Source: an uncultured virus (IMG/VR IMGVR_UViG_3300046517_000746)
Taxonomy: Duplodnaviria; Heunggongvirae; Uroviricota; Caudoviricetes
DNA: 28,224 nt
Reading direction: 5' to 3' (one strand)
IMG/VR virus record: IMGVR_UViG_3300046517_000746
In this document: piece after piece, positions 17,574 through 24,958 of the stretch
Layout of the letters: each line of letters begins with the position of its first letter
Numbering within the stretch: position 1 is the first letter of the stretch
Program-made: the position numbers and the translations under genes
The notes under the pieces: generated by a model
What the model was told of the DNA's origin: nothing
The model's input: only the letters and a program-made list of their open reading frames with translations
Database searches by the model: none

Positions 17574-18057
17574 TCGCCGTGCTGAGATTACGGCCATCCA
17601 GGCACAAGGCACCGTTGCCGCGGTTGTTGCCGATCCCTACTCGGAGATCGGCGAGACGATCACGGTCCTGCGCGCAACCCGGGACGACCCACTGGCCGGC
17701 ATGCTGGCTCGAGGGTCGATCGATCTGGCGCAATACGCGGCAGGTCGAGAGTGGCAGCGACACTGGGAGGATGCTGCAATTGGTGCCGTGCGGGCGATAG
17801 ATCCCACACGCGAACCGGTCGACGGCAAGGGCCCAGCGCGATCGCCCTACACCGAGAAACAGCACAAGGCTATGGAGGAACTACGCACCGTGACAGTGAC
17901 GCTCGGCTTCGAGGGCAATCGCCTGGTGCGTGACATCCTGGGCGATCGCGTGCCATTGGAGCTCGCTGCACAACATCGCGGCCGATCACGCAAATACATC
18001 GGTCAGAGGTTCAGGGAAACCTTGGAGACGATGGCCAAGATCTGGGGGTTTGCGTGA
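17542..18057 (+). CDS. DUF6456-like putative late transcription regulator/antiterminator, 171 aa
   Basis: DPLAGMLARGSIDLAQYAAGR, IDPTREPVDG and a C-terminal sigma-4-like HTH (LELAAQHRG...GQRFRETLETMA). It occupies a Q-like position. Confidence 0.6.
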   Translation: MKKPQSEKVHDRRAEITAIQAQGTVAAVVADPYSEIGETITVLRATRDDPLAGMLARGSIDLAQYAAGREWQRHWEDAAIGAVRAIDPTREPVDGKGPARSPYTEKQHKAMEELRTVTVTLGFEGNRLVRDILGDRVPLELAAQHRGRSRKYIGQRFRETLETMAKIWGFA

Positions 18058-18725
18058 CAATGGACGATCTACCGAAGAAACATTTTGGCGCGATTCTGGC
18101 TGACCCGCCTTGGACATTCGAGACTTGGGGATCACAGGAAAACTCATCAACTGATGTAAACCGATACTACAAAACCATGTCGATGGCTGAGATAACTGCA
18201 CTGCCTGTTGCGTCATTGGCGGCACCTGACTGCGTTTTATTTCTTTGGATCTGTTGGCCAACGATGCACATGGCGTTGAAGGTCATCAAGGATTGGGGTT
18301 TTAAATATAAAACCTGCGGCTTCGTTTGGGTCAAAGCAAACGGTCAGCAAATCGATATGTTCGAGGATGATGTCCCGGTTCAAATTGGTACCGGATATTG
18401 GACAAGATCCAATAGCGAGGTCTGCCTATTGGCAACGAAGGGACAACCGAAACGACTGAATGCAAATGTTCGACAAGCAATTGTTTCACCTCGCCGCGAG
18501 CACAGTCGCAAACCGGACGGCATCCATGATCGCATTGAGCGCCTAGTCGCTGGCCCATACCTCGAACTATTTGCCCGCCAGGAGCGGTCAGGCTGGACCG
18601 TTTGGGGCAATGAAACCGATAAATTCAAGCCGGCTATAAAAACCGAATGGGAGGAAATGTGGTCTTTGCCCTTCGATCGGCCGGAATTGGTCTGGGGCGA
18701 TGACGGCGGGGGTGTACGGGAATAA
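18054..18725 (+). CDS. MT-A70-family adenine methyltransferase
   Basis: ILADPPW, VLFLW, WGFKYKT..FVWVK, GYWTRSNSE, HSRKP and YLELFAR. Confidence 0.92.
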   Translation: MTMDDLPKKHFGAILADPPWTFETWGSQENSSTDVNRYYKTMSMAEITALPVASLAAPDCVLFLWICWPTMHMALKVIKDWGFKYKTCGFVWVKANGQQIDMFEDDVPVQIGTGYWTRSNSEVCLLATKGQPKRLNANVRQAIVSPRREHSRKPDGIHDRIERLVAGPYLELFARQERSGWTVWGNETDKFKPAIKTEWEEMWSLPFDRPELVWGDDGGGVRE

Positions 18726-18749
18726 CCCCCCGTATTTTCCCGTATGTCG

Positions 18750-18780
18750 TTGACAGGGTCCGCTCGAGGCTGCAAATCTG
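18750..18780 (+). promoter_or_regulatory. Putative late promoter
   Basis: Consensus TTGACA at 18750-18755 with a weak -10 (CAAATC at N17), in the only gap before the packaging genes. Confidence 0.45.
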
Positions 18781-18824
18781 GCATGCTCGCAAGAGTTAAC
18801 CCCCCTTGTGAGTTCCTAGCCCTT

Positions 18825-18867
18825 ACGGCGGCCGCGGACCCTTGCCTCCCTCGGTCGCCGTTTTCTT
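18825..18867 (+). terminator. Intrinsic terminator-like hairpin in the late leader
   Basis: ACGGCGGCCG...CGGTCGCCGT stem followed by TTTCTT. Confidence 0.6.
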
Positions 18868-18888
18868 AACGAACGAGAACCGCCCTAC

Positions 18889-19221
18889 ATGGAACCTATT
18901 GTAATTACGGCAATTCCCCGCGGTCAGGGCAAGTTCATCGCCAAGTCGGGGGATCTACAACTCTGCCATAGGACGGTCACGCCATTTTTGGCGGCCGCTC
19001 GAACCCTATTGGCCAATGGCACGGACCCGGCAACACCGATCATCATGCGCCACATGGGCAGCGATACTGATTGCTTGACCAGCACCGTCGGGGCGGCGGC
19101 CAAACTGAGTCCGCAGAACCAGGCTATTCGGTTTAGACCATTTGAACCCTTTGATCGAAACAACATAGGGTCCATTCGTGGCAGGGGTGAGCCACGGCTC
19201 GTTAAAAACGAAAAGGGGTGA
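18889..19221 (+). CDS. Hypothetical protein, 110 aa
   Basis: [17 protein letters not shown]...MRH.GS...[14 protein letters not shown] overlap with the next ORF. Confidence 0.65.
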   Translation: MEPIVITAIPRGQGKFIAKSGDLQLCHRTVTPFLAAARTLLANGTDPATPIIMRHMGSDTDCLTSTVGAAAKLSPQNQAIRFRPFEPFDRNNIGSIRGRGEPRLVKNEKG

Positions 19222-19226
19222 TACCC

Positions 19227-19448
19227 ATGCCCTCAGTGTCCCAGGCGCAGCGCGCCGCCATGTTCGCCGCAGCCGCCGGCAAGTCCACGCTCGGCATCCC
19301 ACAGAAGGTAGGCCAGGAATTTGCAGACGCCGACGAAGGCGGCAAGCTCCCGGCCAGGAAGAAAGCACCACCTAAGGTTGCATCGGCTTTCCGTCGCGGC
19401 AGAATCAGTGCTAAAGTGATGGCAAAACGCGGATATGATAGCGAATAG
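19227..19448 (+). CDS. Small basic phage protein, 73 aa
   Basis: [32 protein letters not shown] motif, often seen near packaging genes. RBS GGGGTGA. Confidence 0.7.
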   Translation: MPSVSQAQRAAMFAAAAGKSTLGIPQKVGQEFADADEGGKLPARKKAPPKVASAFRRGRISAKVMAKRGYDSE

Positions 19449-19474
19449 CAATTGATCTAAATCAAAGGTATCCT

Positions 19475-19933
19475 ATGCCTCGGTCTAGAGCGGTGCTAGG
19501 TAACCACCAAGAGGGGAATGGTAGCGTAGCACCAGACAATGAAAAAGCACCGCCTAATCCTAAGTGGCAACGCCATACAGGACCGATCCAGTTGCGGGGG
19601 TTAGTCGAACCATGGAAGCCCGGGCAATCAGGGAATCCAAACGGTAGGCCCGAGGGTGCGCGACAGAAGATGTCTACCGAATACTTCGTCGATATGTACG
19701 AGGCGTGGCAAGAGAACGGCAAGGCAGCCCTGACGGCAGCAGCGTGGTCAGACCCGCTCGGCTTCGTGCGTGCGGTGGGCAGCCACATGCCGCGAGAAAT
19801 GAATGCGACTATCACCAACATTCACCACCTCGAGCGGTTAAGTGACCAAAAACTCCTTGAAATCATTAACGGCGCAGATTCTGAGGAGGAGATATCAGAC
19901 CCGCCGATCGTTCAGCCAGTGGGCAAGAATTAA
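19475..19933 (+). CDS. terS: Terminase small subunit (DUF5681 motif)
   Basis: WKPGQSGNPNGRP and C-terminal LSDQKLLEII; immediately upstream of terL. Confidence 0.75.
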   Translation: MPRSRAVLGNHQEGNGSVAPDNEKAPPNPKWQRHTGPIQLRGLVEPWKPGQSGNPNGRPEGARQKMSTEYFVDMYEAWQENGKAALTAAAWSDPLGFVRAVGSHMPREMNATITNIHHLERLSDQKLLEIINGADSEEEISDPPIVQPVGKN

Positions 19934-22106
19934 CGGGTTCGAGCCGGCGCCGCACCATCGACTATTGATGGCCAGGCTGATCGGTGTTTCACGTGGATCG
20001 ATCCAGAGATTGGCGGTGTTCATGCCGCCCGGGAGCGCGAAGAGCACATACGGCTCGATTCTATTTCCTGCTTGGTATTTGGCGAAGCATCCGACGCACA
20101 GCATCCTGGCGGCGTCACACACCACCGAGCTGGCTGAGAAATGGGGCCGCCGCGTTCGCAACCTGATCGAGGAACATGGACCAACACTCGGCCTCGCTAT
20201 TTCACAAGACAATGCGGCGGCAGGACGCTGGGCGCTCACTTCTGGAGGTGAGTACTACGCCGCGGGTGTCGGTGTTGGTATCGCTGGCTTTCGTGCTGAT
20301 CTTGCTATCATTGACGATCCTGTACGATCGCGCGAGGATGCGGATAGCGCGCTGGTACGCGAGAAAACATGGGAGTGGTACAAGAGCGATCTGAGTACCA
20401 GGATGAAGCCGGGGGGCAGGATCGTACTGATCCAGTGCATGACCGGAGATACGCCTGTCCTAATGGAAACAGGACAGGAAAAGCTGCTGCGCGACATTCG
20501 TGCTGGAGATCGCGTAGCAACATACGAAAACGGCAAAGTCTCAATATCCGTAGTGCGTAATTGGATCAATCATGGTCCTGATCGCGTGCTTGAAATCAGG
20601 ATGAAGTCGGGTATCATCGTCAAGGCAAACGCAAGGCATCCTTTCCTTGTGGAAGAAGACGGTGAGACGAAATGGCAGCGAACGGATTTGCTCAAAAAGG
20701 GCAACGTCATCCTGAGGGTTATTGGGGCAAGTGGAAGAGTATCACGTGCTCCGCAGAAGGGTGTGATAAGCCGGCCAAATGCAAAGGCATGTGCAATTCA
20801 CACTACAGCAAAGATCGATGGCAAGCTGGTATTCGACCGCCCTCGGTTAATCCTAAGTCTAGGCGCGATAGGCATTTGCGCCACCGCTACGGAATTAGCT
20901 TTTCAGATTATGAATGCCTTCTGGCCGAACAGGGCGGAGTTTGTGCCGTATGTCGGCAGCCACCTTCAAACAACAATACGCGCGCCCATTGGAACAATAA
21001 GCTTTGCGTCGATCACTGCCACGATAGTAAAAAGATTAGAGGGCTTCTCTGCAACGACTGCAACCTTGCTGTCGGGTATGGGAAGACTGAGAAAATCCTT
21101 CTCGCAGCCGCTAAGTATGTGCGAAGTCGCGAGAGACACCATTGTTGAGATTGTCGACGCCGGCATCGAAGAAGTGTTCGATGTTCAAATCGACAGGACG
21201 GAAAACTTCATTGCCAATGGATTAGTGAGCAAAAATACACGGTGGAGCGAAGATGACTTGGCAGGGCGCTTATTGCTCGACATGCGAAAAGGTGGCGATC
21301 AATGGGAAGTGCTCTCATTGCCGGCGTTGGCAGAGGCTGGCGACCCGTTGGGACGAGATACTGGTGAAGTCCTGTGGGATGACGCCTATGGATACGGAAA
21401 CTTCCTTCGCCATGAGCGAGCTACGCAATCTGCTCGCAACTGGTCGGCGCTCTACCAGCAAAACCCCGTCCCGGAAGAAGGCAATCAATTCAAAGCCGAT
21501 TGGCTGAGGCCTTACACGACACACCCGGCGCTCGAGACGCTCTCCGTCTACGGAGGATCTGACTATGCCGTCACATCCGATGGAGGAGACTATACGTGCC
21601 ATGTCGTTGTTGGTCTCGATGTCGACGGCCGTTGCTATCTCCTGGACCTGTGGCGCGGCCAGTCTTCTCCTGATGTGTGGGTGCGTGAGTGGTGTCGCCT
21701 GGTGCGAGAGTGGCGCCCTCTGGATTGGGCCGAGGAAAGCGGCCAAATCACATCTGCGCTTGGTCCCTACATCGAGGAGCAGGCCCGAGCACGAAAGGCC
21801 TATGTGAACAGGGAGAGGTTCGCAACCAAGGGTGATAAGGCGGTACGCTGCCAATCAATCCGCGGCCGCATGGCGAATGATGGACTTTACGTGCCGATGC
21901 AAGCGCCTTGGTATTCTGACTTCCGCGCCGAGCTGCTGTCGTTCCCGGCCGGCAAGCATGACGATCAGGTCGATGCCCTAGGATTGTGTGGGCAATTGAT
22001 CGATCGGATGATCCCAGGTCGCGAGCCGGGCAAGCCGGAGAAGGCCAAGATCAAGACCGGCTACAAGTCGGCGGAGTTGGAGCAGGAAGGCTGGAGGATT
22101 TATTGA
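19842..22106 (+). CDS. terL: Terminase large subunit containing an intein (754 aa precursor, about 487 aa spliced)
   Basis: MPPGSAKST Walker A; IIDDP Walker B; IQ|TRW coupling motif split by the intein; YQQNP, GSDYA, GGDYT and FPAGKHDDQVDA nuclease motifs. Confidence 0.95.
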   Translation: MTKNSLKSLTAQILRRRYQTRRSFSQWARINGFEPAPHHRLLMARLIGVSRGSIQRLAVFMPPGSAKSTYGSILFPAWYLAKHPTHSILAASHTTELAEKWGRRVRNLIEEHGPTLGLAISQDNAAAGRWALTSGGEYYAAGVGVGIAGFRADLAIIDDPVRSREDADSALVREKTWEWYKSDLSTRMKPGGRIVLIQCMTGDTPVLMETGQEKLLRDIRAGDRVATYENGKVSISVVRNWINHGPDRVLEIRMKSGIIVKANARHPFLVEEDGETKWQRTDLLKKGNVILRVIGASGRVSRAPQKGVISRPNAKACAIHTTAKIDGKLVFDRPRLILSLGAIGICATATELAFQIMNAFWPNRAEFVPYVGSHLQTTIRAPIGTISFASITATIVKRLEGFSATTATLLSGMGRLRKSFSQPLSMCEVARDTIVEIVDAGIEEVFDVQIDRTENFIANGLVSKNTRWSEDDLAGRLLLDMRKGGDQWEVLSLPALAEAGDPLGRDTGEVLWDDAYGYGNFLRHERATQSARNWSALYQQNPVPEEGNQFKADWLRPYTTHPALETLSVYGGSDYAVTSDGGDYTCHVVVGLDVDGRCYLLDLWRGQSSPDVWVREWCRLVREWRPLDWAEESGQITSALGPYIEEQARARKAYVNRERFATKGDKAVRCQSIRGRMANDGLYVPMQAPWYSDFRAELLSFPAGKHDDQVDALGLCGQLIDRMIPGREPGKPEKAKIKTGYKSAELEQEGWRIY
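20436..21236 (+). mobile_element. Intein (267 aa) in TerL
   Basis: Block A CMTGDTPVLM; block B KANARHPFLV; block F VFDVQIDRTENFIANG; block G LVSKN followed by +1 Thr. Removing it restores IVLIQ-TRWSEDDLAG. Confidence 0.93.
20672..21148 (+). CDS. Endonuclease VII-family homing endonuclease nested out of frame inside the intein, 158 aa
   Basis: N-terminal C-x4-C-x9-C-x2-H finger; RYGIS..DY..LL.EQGGVCAVC; LCVDHCH...IRGLLCNDCN..VG. SD-like GGTGA lies 6 nt before the ATG. Confidence 0.9.
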   Translation: MAANGFAQKGQRHPEGYWGKWKSITCSAEGCDKPAKCKGMCNSHYSKDRWQAGIRPPSVNPKSRRDRHLRHRYGISFSDYECLLAEQGGVCAVCRQPPSNNNTRAHWNNKLCVDHCHDSKKIRGLLCNDCNLAVGYGKTEKILLAAAKYVRSRERHHC

Positions 22107-22420
22107 TGACGGCGGACGAAATATCAGCCCAGATCGCGCACGTCGATGCGATGATCGAGCGTTGCGAGAAGGTTGCCGTCAAGGACAAGCCGCTGCGGCT
22201 TGATACGAGCCTGCCCAGGCAGCCAGTGCGCAAACCAGTCGTCTCCGCACCTGCGCCGCCACCTCCGAGCTTCGATCCACAAGAACGCTTCGATCGGCTT
22301 AGGCGCGAGTGGCGAGCCGACACCACAAAAGCCCACGATTATCCACACATCTGTGGTGGTGGCGGCTTCGGCGACGACGTCGATGCGGCCTTCGAGGCCT
22401 GCTCAAACGCACCCTATTAG
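22106..22420 (+). CDS. Hypothetical protein, 104 aa
   Basis: TGATG overlap with terL; RBS GGAGG. Confidence 0.6.
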   Translation: MTADEISAQIAHVDAMIERCEKVAVKDKPLRLDTSLPRQPVRKPVVSAPAPPPPSFDPQERFDRLRREWRADTTKAHDYPHICGGGGFGDDVDAAFEACSNAPY

Positions 22421-22429
22421 GAGTTCACA

Positions 22430-22870
22430 ATGAGACGCATCTGGTTGGCAGTGTTTCTGCTCTGGTGTTCGCCTAGCTATGCCCAGCAGATACCGCGCGA
22501 TCCCACTGCCGGTAATGTCGCCGGCATTCCGGTGGCTGCGGTGTTTTCTGGTGCGGATACCACAACGCAGAACGTGGCGCTGGCCGGCATCGCCAATAAG
22601 ACCACGTATATCTGCGGTCTATCGGTGTCAGGGTTGGGCGCTACGGGGTTGACGATCATATCGGTGACGGTAGCCAGCCTTGCCCCTGGTGTGACCATGA
22701 CGTTCCAGTACGTGATGCCGGCCGGTGCAACCATACAGACCACGCCATTGGCCGTGAATTTTGCCATGTGCCTGCCGGCTAGTGCTTCAGGGACAGCGAT
22801 CACCGTGACGGTGCCGGGCGCTGCAGGCAACACGGCAACGCAGATCAATGCCTGGGGGTATCAGTTGTGA
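22430..22870 (+). CDS. Signal-peptide-bearing beta-rich protein, 146 aa
   Basis: RBS AGGAG; MRRIWLAVFLLWCSPSYA|QQ looks like a Sec-type signal. Confidence 0.75.
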   Translation: MRRIWLAVFLLWCSPSYAQQIPRDPTAGNVAGIPVAAVFSGADTTTQNVALAGIANKTTYICGLSVSGLGATGLTIISVTVASLAPGVTMTFQYVMPAGATIQTTPLAVNFAMCLPASASGTAITVTVPGAAGNTATQINAWGYQL

Positions 22871-22871
22871 T

Positions 22872-23069
22872 ATGGCAGAACAACTGGGGTTGGAACTGCG
22901 CGCCATCTGGCAGGCGTTAAGCAATACATGGGCTGAGGAAATGACTTTCATTGCATCGTTTGTGCTGACCGGTGAGTTATATGGGGTGACCGACAACAAC
23001 GAGATATTTCGCTGGGATGTCGATGAGGCCAAGTGGCTCAAGGTGGGCGAGTTCGATCGCGATGGATAA
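22872..23069 (+). CDS. Hypothetical protein, 65 aa (start uncertain)
   Basis: Fills the gap; LYGVTDNNEIFRWD...KW. Confidence 0.55.
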   Translation: MAEQLGLELRAIWQALSNTWAEEMTFIASFVLTGELYGVTDNNEIFRWDVDEAKWLKVGEFDRDG

Positions 23070-23241
23070 GCGGGCGAACCGGCCGCCCAAGCGGGAGATA
23101 CCCGAGCCGACCGATGAGCAAATGGCTGCCGATCGCTTTGCGCAGAGTTATCCGAGAAATAATTTCGCAGCTGGTGCCGCGGTGATAGCGGGCGTGCTCG
23201 TATTGATAGGGCTGGCTTACATGGTTGGATTTGTGAAGTAA
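23062..23241 (+). CDS. Small protein with a C-terminal TM helix, 59 aa
   Basis: AAVIAGVLVLIGLAYMVGFVK. Confidence 0.55.
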   Translation: MDKRANRPPKREIPEPTDEQMAADRFAQSYPRNNFAAGAAVIAGVLVLIGLAYMVGFVK

Positions 23242-23259
23242 CAACAACAGGAGGAGAGC

Positions 23260-23595
23260 ATGGCAGGACCGACTGATATCGCCGCAGTGATAGTTCAAGG
23301 CGGCAAACTGGTAGTGATCGATGCGCGTGGCACGCCGTGGAAGATGACCGGCAAGAAGCAGAAGGGACCGGATGGCAAGGATCTGCCGGCACCCAGTGGT
23401 GTCGAGACTGCAGTCATTCACAATGGGCATCTGGTCGTGCTCGATGGCGGCACGTTCTGGATCTACGAGACGGCGGGCGGCACATGGTCGAAGGGCTATT
23501 CGCTCGAGGATCATCCCGAGGGCGAGGACAAGGACGCGCCCTGGAGCCAGGGACCGAGCATCGAGGCCAAGGCACCGTTAGAGAAGGCGGCATAG
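23260..23595 (+). CDS. Hypothetical protein, 111 aa
   Basis: RBS AGGAGGAG; internal repeat AVIVQGGKLVVID / AVIHNGHLVVLD. Confidence 0.7.
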   Translation: MAGPTDIAAVIVQGGKLVVIDARGTPWKMTGKKQKGPDGKDLPAPSGVETAVIHNGHLVVLDGGTFWIYETAGGTWSKGYSLEDHPEGEDKDAPWSQGPSIEAKAPLEKAA

Positions 23596-23597
23596 CC

Positions 23598-23816
23598 ATG
23601 GCAGTCACAACAATTGGAAAGCCTGGGGACTTTATGACGACGTTCTCGCTTTTGAACAGGTCGACCCCGGACATGCTTTCCTACGGCATCACGGCCGATG
23701 GCAAGATATTCCGCCTGCGCACGGCGCACGACGCGCTCGGTGGTGTCGGTGGCCGTGGGACATTCGTCGATACCGGGCTGACGGTGCCCGATATCGCGCT
23801 AGCTACAGACCTCTAA
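23598..23816 (+). CDS. Hypothetical protein, 72 aa
   Basis: RBS AAGGCGG; SYGITADGKIFRL. Confidence 0.6.
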   Translation: MAVTTIGKPGDFMTTFSLLNRSTPDMLSYGITADGKIFRLRTAHDALGGVGGRGTFVDTGLTVPDIALATDL

Positions 23817-23828
23817 AGGGAGATCAAA

Positions 23829-24152
23829 ATGGCGCAAGTTCCTGTTTCAATGCAAGTCGTTATCTATCCACGCGATAAGAGTGTGAAGCCTTATCCTGCC
23901 ACGGTGGTGGGATATGCTTGGCTCACTGGTGTCGGTGTTGGTGGTGGTCCAATGCCGGGTAGTGAACCGCACCCGGAGCATCCGATCGTGCTGCCGCCGG
24001 TCGAGCAGCCGCCGCCGGTTGATACAGGTGGTGGTGGCGCGAGCATTACGATTACCGTCAAGGAAGCGCCAGCTAACGGCGGCTGGGGTGTCAACACGGA
24101 CGAAGGTTGGTATTGGACACCCGGTCCCGGTCAGGCTGGGCCGAAGAAGTAA
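23829..24152 (+). CDS. Pro/Gly-rich hypothetical protein, 107 aa
   Basis: RBS AAGGGAG; GVGGGPMP..PHPEHPIVLPP...GWYW.P...AGPK. Confidence 0.75.
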   Translation: MAQVPVSMQVVIYPRDKSVKPYPATVVGYAWLTGVGVGGGPMPGSEPHPEHPIVLPPVEQPPPVDTGGGGASITITVKEAPANGGWGVNTDEGWYWTPGPGQAGPKK

Positions 24153-24200
24153 GTTTGTGTGGCATAGTTCTCTCTTCGTAAACATTCGGAGCGAGTGGCT

Positions 24201-24587
24201 ATGCCATACAAGGATTACAAGAAACAGGTTGCAGCCTCCAAAGCGAGTTATGCACGTCTTGTTGCTAGAACGACGCCGCAGGAGCGCACGGAGAGGCAAC
24301 GAAAATTTCCTAGTCGATCATTCCGGTCTCGGCGAAATGAACACCTGAAGGGACGCTACGGTCTTACGCTTGAGCAATGGGAGGCGAAGTTCGAGGCGCA
24401 GGGTCGAAAGTGCGCGATATGTAGCGCGACAACACCGGGCTGGAAACGTGCGTGGCATACAGATCACAATCACAGTTCAGGCGCGGTGCGAGGCATTTTA
24501 TGCCATTTATGCAATCGCACTCTTGGCAATTATGAAATCTCGCGCTTTCAAGCATTCATCGCCTATTTGTCGGCCAAATGGGAATGA
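24201..24587 (+). CDS. Free-standing Endonuclease VII-family nuclease, 128 aa
   Basis: RYGLT.EQW....AQG..CAIC; TDHNH..G.VRGILCHLCN..LG. Confidence 0.88.
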   Translation: MPYKDYKKQVAASKASYARLVARTTPQERTERQRKFPSRSFRSRRNEHLKGRYGLTLEQWEAKFEAQGRKCAICSATTPGWKRAWHTDHNHSSGAVRGILCHLCNRTLGNYEISRFQAFIAYLSAKWE

Positions 24588-24609
24588 TGTTTAATCGAGG
24601 AGAGCATCG

Positions 24610-24846
24610 ATGATCACCGCAATCATCACACTGCTGATCTACATCTGCGTTCTCGCGCTCGTCGTTTACCTGATCATCTGGGTCCTCGAGGTCGTCGGCG
24701 TCGCGTTGCCGGCCAAGGTGATCCAGATCATCTGGGTGATCGTGGCGCTGATCGCGCTACTGTTCATCGTGCAGGCATTGCTTGGTGGTGGCGGCTTGCC
24801 CAAGCTGGGTAGGCTGAGCCTGGTGGACTTTGCCCTCACTGGCTGA
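24610..24846 (+). CDS. Small two-TM membrane protein, 78 aa (holin-like candidate)
   Basis: RBS GAGGAG; two long hydrophobic helices separated by ALPAKV. Confidence 0.7.
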   Translation: MITAIITLLIYICVLALVVYLIIWVLEVVGVALPAKVIQIIWVIVALIALLFIVQALLGGGGLPKLGRLSLVDFALTG

Positions 24847-24949
24847 GGTCCTGCAGGCGCAGGCCGATCCCAACGATCGGCTGGCGCAGGAAGGTGGGGT
24901 TACGCCTGGCGATGTATTGCGCGCCTTCTTGCAGGCGCAACAGCAATAA
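24830..24949 (+). CDS. Possible 39-aa ORF (TTG start)
   Basis: MPSLAEVLQAQADPNDRL...QAQQQ fills the gap before the portal gene; GGTGGA lies upstream. Confidence 0.35.
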   Translation: MPSLAEVLQAQADPNDRLAQEGGVTPGDVLRAFLQAQQQ

Positions 24950-24958
24950 TGGTGATCG

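Noticed and set aside
19842..19933. Programmed terS-terL fusion from the 92-nt overlap
   Set aside because: No clear slippery site; GTG 19842 or TTG 19857 starts suffice, and such overlaps are common.
20688..20702. -1 frameshift at CTCAAAAAGGGC fusing the intein N-terminus to EndoVII
   Set aside because: It is not a full A_AAA_AAG heptamer, and an ATG with an SD-like site just upstream explains expression more simply. Not fully excluded.
20672..21148. Nested ORF as an assembly frameshift artefact
   Set aside because: It would need two compensating indels. The TerL frame is continuous with no stops, and the nested ORF has its own start and stop.
22339..22347. Perfect DnaA box TTATCCACA
   Set aside because: A single copy inside a coding region, far from the replication genes; compatible with chance.
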